The translations under genes were made by a program, and so were the position numbers. From an uncultured Christensenella sp. (GTDB lineage Bacteria; Bacillota; Clostridia; Christensenellales; UBA1242): a stretch of 64,000 bases of DNA. The stretch is from assembly GCA_964387705.1 (NCBI GenBank), contig CAYLWT010000004.1, forward strand, positions 4,242 to 68,241, written 5' to 3'. This document shows, one piece after another, positions 49,479-57,674 of this stretch. Position 1 is the first letter of the stretch. Each line of letters opens with the position of its first letter. The notes below the pieces were generated by a model. That model saw only the letters and a program-made list of their open reading frames with translations. It was not told the origin of the DNA and did not search any database.

Positions 49479-49507
49479 ATAATAGCACACTTTTCCAACA
49501 CTTTCAA
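49479..49507 (-). promoter_or_regulatory. Sigma-A promoter of the 1255-aa gene
   Basis: TTGAAA-17-TATTAT with TG extension. Confidence 0.7.
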
Positions 49508-49556
49508 TAGGAAATTTATTTTTGTATTTATTGCCCAAAAAAAACTAAAAAATGGC

Positions 49557-49578
49557 AAAAAGGCAGGAAATTCCTGCC
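49557..49578 (-). terminator. Terminator after virB4
   Basis: Minus strand ggcaggaa-t-ttcctgcc-ttttt, 5 nt after the stop codon. Confidence 0.8.
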
Positions 49579-49583
49579 AAAAA

Positions 49584-52211
49584 TTATGAAAACAACCTAA
49601 CAACTGTTTCACTTGCTTCAATTTTTACCGAAGTTCTGGAAAGAGCCCCCGAAATAAGGAATGCTTGACCGACACCTGCCGTAACGATATTATCTTGCTC
49701 CTCTTTATTAATTTCACCAGCATTTCTATATAACTCAATAAGGTCAGTTACGTCATTTGGTGCAAGGCCAAAAATAAAAGAATATTGGCTTGCATTGATA
49801 ATTGCGGTTGATTGACGTTGAATTTCTGGGCTTCCGACAAAGTCTTTAATATTTTGCGTAATAACAATTTGCATCCCAGCATATTTACGAATACGCTTTG
49901 CCATTTGAGCCATAAATTCAAGAGCAATTGGGTGCTTTGGGTTTATGAACACGTGAGCTTCGTCAACGGCAACAACAATATGCCTGTTTGCATGATATTT
50001 GTCGTTAAAATCCTTATTTTTAATAATTTCGTTATCCAAATATTTGAACACCAAAAGCATTTGTGCATTTGCAATAACTTGGTTTCGGTTTGCAAGAAGG
50101 GACCGGAAGTTAAACGTCACAAAATTTTCTTTTGTTGCAATGGAAGTTGGGCCATTCCAGAGGTTACTATTTCTGCCCCCCGTTGCAAATTTTGAAATGT
50201 AAGTTTCAACGGTTTGCAAATTTTTCTTTTGATATTCATCGGTTTCTGTTTTTAATCTTTCTAGTGTAATTTTATATAAATCATCAAAGATTGGAAAATC
50301 TTCTGGTTTAAGCTTTGTAAGTGGGGTTTGAGCGTTTATTCCCTTGCGTCTATAGCTTTCAATAATAAGGGCATTCAATACCTCAAATGCTTCTGATGGC
50401 ATGCCAGGCAAAATAATTGTAAAAAATTCTTCCAAAAACTGCAAGTGTGTGGAATAAGAGTCATCTGATCCGCCTTCATCCGCATCAAGAGTTGTCATAA
50501 TATGAAATGGATTAAATCTCCCGCTTTTTGATGAACCAACATCAAGAAATTTCCCACACATATTGTGACAAAGTGGTGTGTATTCGTCCTCTGGGTCCAA
50601 AACAAAAACTTTTGTGTTGTCGCAGGCTAGATTTGTAAGAAGAGTCTTTGTCGCATAAGATTTTCCGCCACCAGATTTTCCAATAATCATGACATTGCTA
50701 TTTGCTCTTTCTCTATCACGTTTAAAAAAGTCGACAAAAACAGGATATTCATTATAACCAATATAAAAACCTTTTTCATCAAGCAAAGCTCCCGAAATAA
50801 ATGGAAAAATTGCAGCAAAGGTTGTGGTTGGAATTTCACGTTTGTGTTGAGTTACGGTGTCAAGAGCTGAAGGATTTCGGCTGATGAATGAGTCAACTTG
50901 CCTGCCAAACATATCGGTATATTTAAAACCATTTTGTCTTAAAACTGCTCTAACTTCCTTCTTTGCTGAGTCCTCACAAAAAAGGTGTGTTGTTACTTCA
51001 AAAAGTTGTTCGTTGTTCTTTTTTAACATTTGCAAAAGGTCTGTGAGTGTTTTAAGTTGAATTTCGTTCTCAATTCTCTTACTGCTTTTGTAAACATTTT
51101 CCATTTTCCCTTCCATTTCAATAATAGAACGGTCAATTCGTCTTTCACCTTGTTCTTTTGGCACGAGACGGAAATTAACACACACATTTGTTCTGTCTAA
51201 GAGGAAGAATGGTGCGCCCCAAGCATTGCCAACTTCAAGGGGATAGTCAGTTATTGTAAACGTTCTATAAGGTTGTTTGTTTATGATGGTTTTCGCTATT
51301 TTAAACTGAATATTTTCAGGCATTGCCCAATTTGGGAATTGATCTCTTGGTGTACTTTCAAGATCTCTTTCATCAAAATATCTGCCAAAGTTTGCCCTCA
51401 AGAAAACTGTAAGTTCCTTATCTCTAAGTTTTTTTGCAATAAGAGGAACAACAGAGTTCCCAAGAGTATTCACAATGCCGTCAATAGTTGATTCAAGAGC
51501 ATCCTTATCTTTGTCGTAAAGAACAAAGTAAAAGAAATCTTTATAAACTTTTTCGTCACGATTCATTGTTTCAAGTTGAGAAACCCTATTCTCAAAAACG
51601 TCAGCACGTGCAAGGACTTCTTTTTCGGTCATTTCGTTTTCATATTGCAATTCCATAAGGTCATCATATTTTTTGTCTTCACCAGTGATATAATCATCAA
51701 AAACAAGGGCTTTGCTCAATTTTAAAATACTTCCACTTTGCTCGCCAGTTACACGTCGGAGTGCATTTGCGAATGAAGCGATAACCATTTCTTGCTTTTG
51801 CTCATTCAAAAGACCAAACTCAATAGGCTTTATTTCAATGACCATGCCATAATATTCTTTAAAGTCAATAAATTTGTCCTTTACAATGCCTTCAAATGGA
51901 ATAATTTTCTTAATTTTGGGTTGTTTGGTTTTTGGATCAACGTCTGCTTTATTATATTTCTTTTTAAATGCAACAAAACGCAAAAGCAAGCCTACTGTTG
52001 AATAAACTCGCAACTCATCATTTATTTTTAAGAACAAAATTACAACAAGACATGCCCATGCAAATGCAATGTATAGGTTGTATTGAAAGTTGGCTAAAAT
52101 TAGGACCAAAAGCCCTACAATCCCCAAAATTCCAATGATAATGTCTGGCAAAGTTATCCCCTTTGCAAACTCCATTCTTACTTTTGTTTTTCTTGGAATG
52201 TATCTTATCAT
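49584..52211 (-). CDS. virB4: VirB4/TraE-type ATPase with fused N-terminal PrgI/VirB3-like membrane domain
   Basis: Walker A GKSGGGKS, Walker B VAVDEAH, LDPEDEY, RFNPF and KRIRKY motifs; N-terminal IPRKTKV...GITLPD plus two TM helices. Confidence 0.9.
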   Translation of the reverse strand: MIRYIPRKTKVRMEFAKGITLPDIIIGILGIVGLLVLILANFQYNLYIAFAWACLVVILFLKINDELRVYSTVGLLLRFVAFKKKYNKADVDPKTKQPKIKKIIPFEGIVKDKFIDFKEYYGMVIEIKPIEFGLLNEQKQEMVIASFANALRRVTGEQSGSILKLSKALVFDDYITGEDKKYDDLMELQYENEMTEKEVLARADVFENRVSQLETMNRDEKVYKDFFYFVLYDKDKDALESTIDGIVNTLGNSVVPLIAKKLRDKELTVFLRANFGRYFDERDLESTPRDQFPNWAMPENIQFKIAKTIINKQPYRTFTITDYPLEVGNAWGAPFFLLDRTNVCVNFRLVPKEQGERRIDRSIIEMEGKMENVYKSSKRIENEIQLKTLTDLLQMLKKNNEQLFEVTTHLFCEDSAKKEVRAVLRQNGFKYTDMFGRQVDSFISRNPSALDTVTQHKREIPTTTFAAIFPFISGALLDEKGFYIGYNEYPVFVDFFKRDRERANSNVMIIGKSGGGKSYATKTLLTNLACDNTKVFVLDPEDEYTPLCHNMCGKFLDVGSSKSGRFNPFHIMTTLDADEGGSDDSYSTHLQFLEEFFTIILPGMPSEAFEVLNALIIESYRRKGINAQTPLTKLKPEDFPIFDDLYKITLERLKTETDEYQKKNLQTVETYISKFATGGRNSNLWNGPTSIATKENFVTFNFRSLLANRNQVIANAQMLLVFKYLDNEIIKNKDFNDKYHANRHIVVAVDEAHVFINPKHPIALEFMAQMAKRIRKYAGMQIVITQNIKDFVGSPEIQRQSTAIINASQYSFIFGLAPNDVTDLIELYRNAGEINKEEQDNIVTAGVGQAFLISGALSRTSVKIEASETVVRLFS

Positions 52212-52292
52212 ATTTCACCCCTTAAGGTTTCTCCCCGCTTTTTGCAGGGAGAATTTTAGTGTAATTTTATCATTTTGTCTTTCGTTTTTTCA

Positions 52293-55200
52293 CTATAGTT
52301 TCTTTAAAATATCACTAAGAATTTTTCTCATTGCATCAAAACCTGCATTGATATTTTTTAGTTCTTTATTACTCTGATAATTGACTGCTTTCATTGCTTT
52401 CATAATTTGCTCGCTAAGAGTTTTGTCACTAGAATCAACCGTAACCTTTTGTGGATCCTTCTTTTGCTCAGCCTCCAAATCTTTAAGCATTTTCTTAAAT
52501 TTCTCAAAGTCTTTATCTTTTTCATGAACTTTGTTTTTGTAATCTTCATTGGCACGTTTTTTGATTATGTCGTCATAATTTTTCGCAATGGTTTCGGCTC
52601 TATCTGCATTGACTGTCATTTTGCCACCATTAACATTAAACGCCCCCATTTTGAAACGTTCATACTCTTGAAGAATTCGCTTTGTTTCCGTTTCTTTTTG
52701 AGCCTTGTTCTGATTTTCTATCTTTTCATCTTCATATTTCAGTTGTTGTTCCCAAGCTTTCTTTCGAGCTTTTTCCTCTTTCACCGTATCTCTAAACTTA
52801 TTTTCATCTGCTGTTGATATAACCTTGCCTCCTGAGCCTGGATCCATAAATTTTTCCAAGATTGCACCAGCCGAAGAATCAACCCCTTTAATAAAGTCTA
52901 ACCCATTTTTTGGCGTATCAGAAAAGAATTTTCTATCTCCGACCTGAGCAAGAATTCCCAAAGCCCCAAACATCGCCTTGTTAACAGCCCAATTTACACC
53001 TGGAATGTGTGAAATTACCTTGCCGCCCTTAGTTTTATTTAATGCTTTTTGTCCACTCTCCAAAGCTTTCACCGCACCGCCATCATTTGCGGCCTTCCAA
53101 GCCTCTTGTCTTGCTTCTTTGCCAGCAAGCTTAGCATCATCTGGGGCATTAACAACTTGATCATATAGTCTTACATCCCCCTGTGCATTATCAACTCTAC
53201 GTTGAGCATTGTCAGCTCTACGTTGAGCATTGTCAAGATCTTTCTCTCGACGTTCAAGAATTTTACCATAGCTTTTCTTTTCAAATTCCGCATGAGCAAT
53301 TTCAGACTCAATATCGCTTTGTCTTTTATCGAGCTTTCTTTTTTCCTTAGAATTATTCCAAGAAAGGCCTCTCTTTTCAAAAAATGCTGCTTTTTCCTCT
53401 CTTTCTCTTTCGAGCTCTTCAAGCTTTTCTCGTTGCTGTGCGATAAAGGCATCTCTCCCTTGCATCCTATTCTTTGTGTCGTCCACTTTTTTTTGCGCAC
53501 TTTCTCTATCAACATTAGCTGCCTCAAGATCATGATTAGCTGCCTCAAGATGTCCCTTCAATGCCCACCTATTCTCTTTCGAAATCTCATCAAAATGGTC
53601 CCGTTTATACTGTAAACTAGCAACTCTTGCGGTATCTCCTGATTCTTTTGCTGCTGCAATTTGGTCATCAAGATCACCCAAGACAGCTTCTTTGCTTTTT
53701 TGAAGACTTTTCTTCTTTGCTTTGTGCCCTTGCAAACCACTATACAATCCTTTGAACGCTGCTGCAGGCCCTGCAAGAGCCATTCCGCCCACAACTGCTG
53801 CACCTTTGCTGGCTGTGCCAATGGTGCTTAAGGCTTTGCCGGTTAGGTCTTTGCCAGTTGCAATCATATCTTCTGTGCCAAGGAACCCAGCCAAAAGTGC
53901 TGAAGCTTTGTTTATCATGCTCACGCCAACATAAATAAATATGATAGACACAAAAGCATTGTAGGTTGCATAAAGAGGGTTCACCATACCGCCGAAATTA
54001 ACAACTGAAGAATCACCAAAGAAATTTAATGTTGAAATAAGAGGCACAATGGTGAAGAATATGTTTATTGCAAAAACTGGAACCGCAGTCATTGTGAGTT
54101 GTTTTATCCAATTGCTTCGCCAACTGCCCTCTGCACTGCCCTTGTCAAGCGGAGCAATTGCCGTTACCACTGGGGCCATAAGGAACAACAAAACCATTTC
54201 AAGTGCACGTTTTACAAACACCAAAATTAGTTTTAAATATTGCCATGCAATTGCCACCATTCCAAAAAGCATCATAACAAGATTCATGTTGTTGAACTTG
54301 TAGAAATATCCAACAAGTCCTATGTCCATTATTGCCTGCCCAGAAAAATTGGTTGGTTTCCACCACCATTGCTGAACGTCAGGAGTATACTCAGCTCCAT
54401 CTGACCAATCATCACTATCTTTCTTTTTATACATATCTTGCCATTCCCCCGTGGTTTTGCTTGTCACATGCAAATTTTCGGAAGAAATTTTTAGATAAGC
54501 TATGCCTGCCGTTGTCTTGAACTTAGAAACATACTTTTCATCAGTTTCCACCTGGTCGATTGTCGTAAGAGTGCTCCCAAGGTTGGAGCTTTTAACCATA
54601 TCATTCATTTCCTCTTCTGTTTTAAGGGTGAAATCCGACTCTCCTGACTTCCAAACAGCATACTTACAATAGGCGCCTTTGCCATCGCCATTCCCGACAA
54701 AAATTCTATTTATAAAATCGACCAATTTTTCTCGCTGATCAGCAGTTATTTCTTCTATTGATGTACTTGTAAACACCGGCTTGTCTTGCCCAAAAATTTT
54801 TGTTTCATCTGTGTCATATTCTTTTTTCAAGACATTCCACAACCATGCATAGTTTTTATATAACGAAGCACTATCTCCACCATTTACCAATAAATTATAT
54901 GCTTTAACAGCCTCTACAATTTCTGTTTTTTCATCATCTGCTAAATATTGACATCGGGCAAGAACCTCGGTGGAGGAGCTTCCCTGTTTCCATGAATCCA
55001 AATCCTCCACTGAGATTTGTTTAAGATATGCTTTACCGAATGCCCTTCGATCAAATCCTGTATATGGTGCACAATCAGATGATGGAGTTCTCAAACTCAT
55101 CGAAACGGTTTCACCCCTCGTCCAAATTGCTAGTGACTTCGCCATTTGCGCATAACCATATTCTTCACCCATAAATGTCAAGGTCACCGGGACTTGTATG

Positions 55201-56138
55201 GTCCATTCATACCACGTGGCCCCTATTTCAGTTGGCTGGTCCCGTTTTTGTAACCGGAAACGTCCAGCGTAATTCTCATCCCATGATACATAATATTCGG
55301 AGGGGTCCTGAGCATAGTCGTACAGATGTAGTGAGTCTTGAGAAATATCCCATGAATCTTGATTTTTTATCTCTTGTTTGTACACTACTGCTTCAGAAGC
55401 AGAACCATATTTAATTTTTTCATATTTCATCACAGAGATATATGCATCATCACATGTAAAATACTTTTTAAGAACAGATGTAAAACTCGATCTATTGAGA
55501 AGTATGCGTTCATTTGCAAAATAAACCGCATCTGAGGACAAAAGATAATTTGCAAAACCATTATCAAGTGAAGCTCTGTTGGCTTGTGTGGCTCCAGCAT
55601 TAAAAACTACATTTGTTATGCAATAATTGCTATCGCCATTGAACGTATAATACACTGCTTTTGTAAGCATATTTGCGCCATATAAACTTGCCACTGACAA
55701 AACTGGAATAAGAATGAAATTTACAATAGATTTAACTGCACGTTGAATAATTGGAAGTTTCGCAGCATTCTTAACGTCAGTTGAAAATTCTGATTTAACA
55801 ATCGCAAAGATAGTAAAAACCACAAGAAGTGCTATGCACATTGCAAAAATCGTCCAAAAAGTGGTCATAACTACATCGCTAGTGATGAAAGCATAGGATA
55901 TATCCGTCCAACGCCCCTCTCCACCGACATCAATGTATTTATTTCCCAAAGTCAGATGCATCGCATCAATTCCTGCCAATTTTTTGAAAAGGCTTAACAC
56001 AAATTCAATAAGCATTCCAACGCCCACAAAAATAGCATAAAAAAGATGGCCAATAAAATTTAAAGCTTCACCACCTATTCCACAAACCACCCTAAACCAA
56101 TCATCCCACACTGCAGCAAGCATATTAGAAAATCCCAT
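52293..56138 (-). CDS. Extended VirB6-like polytopic membrane protein (1281 aa)
   Basis: N-terminal TM bundle; about 430-aa soluble insert; TM core KRALEMVLLFLMAPVVTAIAPLD...WRSNWIKQL; long charged coiled-coil C-terminus; directly upstream of virB4. Confidence 0.72.
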   Translation of the reverse strand: MGFSNMLAAVWDDWFRVVCGIGGEALNFIGHLFYAIFVGVGMLIEFVLSLFKKLAGIDAMHLTLGNKYIDVGGEGRWTDISYAFITSDVVMTTFWTIFAMCIALLVVFTIFAIVKSEFSTDVKNAAKLPIIQRAVKSIVNFILIPVLSVASLYGANMLTKAVYYTFNGDSNYCITNVVFNAGATQANRASLDNGFANYLLSSDAVYFANERILLNRSSFTSVLKKYFTCDDAYISVMKYEKIKYGSASEAVVYKQEIKNQDSWDISQDSLHLYDYAQDPSEYYVSWDENYAGRFRLQKRDQPTEIGATWYEWTIQVPVTLTFMGEEYGYAQMAKSLAIWTRGETVSMSLRTPSSDCAPYTGFDRRAFGKAYLKQISVEDLDSWKQGSSSTEVLARCQYLADDEKTEIVEAVKAYNLLVNGGDSASLYKNYAWLWNVLKKEYDTDETKIFGQDKPVFTSTSIEEITADQREKLVDFINRIFVGNGDGKGAYCKYAVWKSGESDFTLKTEEEMNDMVKSSNLGSTLTTIDQVETDEKYVSKFKTTAGIAYLKISSENLHVTSKTTGEWQDMYKKKDSDDWSDGAEYTPDVQQWWWKPTNFSGQAIMDIGLVGYFYKFNNMNLVMMLFGMVAIAWQYLKLILVFVKRALEMVLLFLMAPVVTAIAPLDKGSAEGSWRSNWIKQLTMTAVPVFAINIFFTIVPLISTLNFFGDSSVVNFGGMVNPLYATYNAFVSIIFIYVGVSMINKASALLAGFLGTEDMIATGKDLTGKALSTIGTASKGAAVVGGMALAGPAAAFKGLYSGLQGHKAKKKSLQKSKEAVLGDLDDQIAAAKESGDTARVASLQYKRDHFDEISKENRWALKGHLEAANHDLEAANVDRESAQKKVDDTKNRMQGRDAFIAQQREKLEELEREREEKAAFFEKRGLSWNNSKEKRKLDKRQSDIESEIAHAEFEKKSYGKILERREKDLDNAQRRADNAQRRVDNAQGDVRLYDQVVNAPDDAKLAGKEARQEAWKAANDGGAVKALESGQKALNKTKGGKVISHIPGVNWAVNKAMFGALGILAQVGDRKFFSDTPKNGLDFIKGVDSSAGAILEKFMDPGSGGKVISTADENKFRDTVKEEKARKKAWEQQLKYEDEKIENQNKAQKETETKRILQEYERFKMGAFNVNGGKMTVNADRAETIAKNYDDIIKKRANEDYKNKVHEKDKDFEKFKKMLKDLEAEQKKDPQKVTVDSSDKTLSEQIMKAMKAVNYQSNKELKNINAGFDAMRKILSDILKKL
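53185..53235. repeat. 21-bp (heptad) tandem duplication in the VirB6-like tail
   Basis: ctctacgttgagcattgtca at 53195-53214 and 53216-53235, plus a partial copy; encodes DNAQRRA-DNAQRRV-DNAQ. Confidence 0.9.
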
Positions 56139-56189
56139 TTTTCACCTCTCCAAATTTAAAAGATAAGATTGTTGCAAAATTTTGACACA

Positions 56190-56606
56190 TTAAGCATCAA
56201 CTTTTTTCCAGCCATCACTGCCTGTGAAACTAAAAACTTCTTGCAGGCCCTTAACAATTTCTGGAATGTTATTCATAATGATTGCGCCAATCCACAATGC
56301 AGCCATAAATGCTCCAAAGCCGATTGCAATTCCCCAAAGGCGTTTTTTTGCCTCTTGTGCAGCACTTGCAGTTTCTGCTTTTGCCAAATTTATACCAACC
56401 GCAATGGCCAACACAACTGCCAATGCAAGCAATCCAATGGTCACTGGGATGAGAAATCGGTCAAGAAATTTCATAACCTCCGCAACGCCACCATATCCTG
56501 ATGTTTTAAGATGGTCAATATCAAAGCCAACCCAATACCAACTGCCTGAACTTGCATCACAAAGCAGTTTTAATCCAATTTTTACAATTCCAAATAAATC
56601 AAACAA
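56190..56606 (-). CDS. VirB2/TrbC-like pilin, copy 1
   Basis: 138 aa; two TM helices separated by NLAKAETASAAQEAKKRL; TTG start. Confidence 0.72.
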   Translation of the reverse strand: MFDLFGIVKIGLKLLCDASSGSWYWVGFDIDHLKTSGYGGVAEVMKFLDRFLIPVTIGLLALAVVLAIAVGINLAKAETASAAQEAKKRLWGIAIGFGAFMAALWIGAIIMNNIPEIVKGLQEVFSFTGSDGWKKVDA

Positions 56607-56956
56607 GGCTTAAATTCCCCTTTAATATAGATTTCGCCACAATTTTGCAGAAAACAGGAAGTTATCCACAATTTTTACACACAAAGTGCAAAGACTTTCA
56701 AAAAGTCCTCAACTCCATCAAACGCAGGGTCCGTTGACATTTTGGGGCAAATTTGAAAAATAAATTTGAGAACAAAATGGCAACATAATTAGTTTGACCT
56801 ATTTTAACATAAAAAAACAAAAAACGCCAACAAAATAAGACGTTTTTTGATAAAAAAATGTATTTTTTATTATAAATTCTTCATTTAATTGGATTGGATG
56901 TCAAAAGTAGTCACTTAATTGCAAAGAAAACACTTTAAAACCTGCAATTTTCACTC

Positions 56957-56995
56957 AAAACGCAAAAAGGCTCATGCCAAAAACGGCTGAACCTT
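56957..56995 (-). terminator. Terminator after pilin copy 2
   Basis: Minus-strand RNA AAGGUUCA-GCC-GUUUUU-GGC-A-UGAGCCUU then UUUGCGUUUU. Confidence 0.65.
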
Positions 56996-57025
56996 GTGTT
57001 TTTTCATTGCGTTTCTACGTTCCAA

Positions 57026-57442
57026 TTACAACTTTGGAATGAATGAACGGATTGATGTTTCAATCATCGTCGCGTCGCCGGTGACATCATTTCGACCAAG
57101 CCAATCTGGAACAAATGCCATGAGCGAAGCAATAATCCAAATAGCAGCCAACGTTATAACAAATGCAACTGCAACATTAATAAGTCTTTTCTTAATATCC
57201 CCCGCTTTGCCGGCGTCTTCTGCTCTTGCAAGTTGAATTCCAAGATAAACACACCACACAACAGCGGCTGCAAGAATAACGATAGTGACAGGAACAAGAA
57301 TTCTTCCCAAGAAAGCAACAATCTGCCCTAACCAATGATTGTCTTTGTTTTGAAACCATTCACCCTTCAAAACAGTATTGAAAATTCCACCATCATAAGT
57401 AATAGCATCAGCCTCCGCACCAAGCAAACTAAAAAATCTCAT
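57026..57442 (-). CDS. VirB2/TrbC-like pilin, copy 2
   Basis: 138 aa; QLARAEDAGKAGDIKKRL loop between two TM helices; clear paralog of copy 1; RBS AAAGGGGAG. Confidence 0.75.
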   Translation of the reverse strand: MRFFSLLGAEADAITYDGGIFNTVLKGEWFQNKDNHWLGQIVAFLGRILVPVTIVILAAAVVWCVYLGIQLARAEDAGKAGDIKKRLINVAVAFVITLAAIWIIASLMAFVPDWLGRNDVTGDATMIETSIRSFIPKL

Positions 57443-57472
57443 TTTTTCTCCCCTTTTATCTAAGTTATGTTC

Positions 57473-57500
57473 ATCCTAACACAATTTTTTGCAATTTCAA
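57473..57500 (-). promoter_or_regulatory. Putative promoter of pilin copy 2
   Basis: TTGAAA-16-TAGGAT with TG extension. Confidence 0.55.
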
Positions 57501-57674
57501 AACAAATTTTGCATAAAAATCAAAAAATTTTTTATTTTTTTCTTTTTTTGGCAAATTTTGATAGAAAACACCAAAAATTGGGGCTATTTTATTTGATTGT
57601 TTTGTGTATTTTTATTATAATGATATTATTCTTATTGACTTTTCAAAAAATTTAGTTGTTATTTGGAGAATGAT

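Noticed and set aside
53195-53235. ctctac matches resembling the XRE operator half site
   Set aside because: They lie inside the coding heptad duplication and lack the inverted partner arm.
56662-56670. Perfect DnaA box TTATCCACA upstream of pilin copy 1
   Set aside because: It is a single copy. A rough estimate from base composition gives close to one chance occurrence per 64 kb, and there is no cluster or dnaA gene nearby.
56700-56760. Possible c-di-GMP or c-di-AMP riboswitch in the pilin leader
   Set aside because: The conserved core motifs of these classes, as I recall them, are not present. It is kept only as a generic structured-leader candidate.
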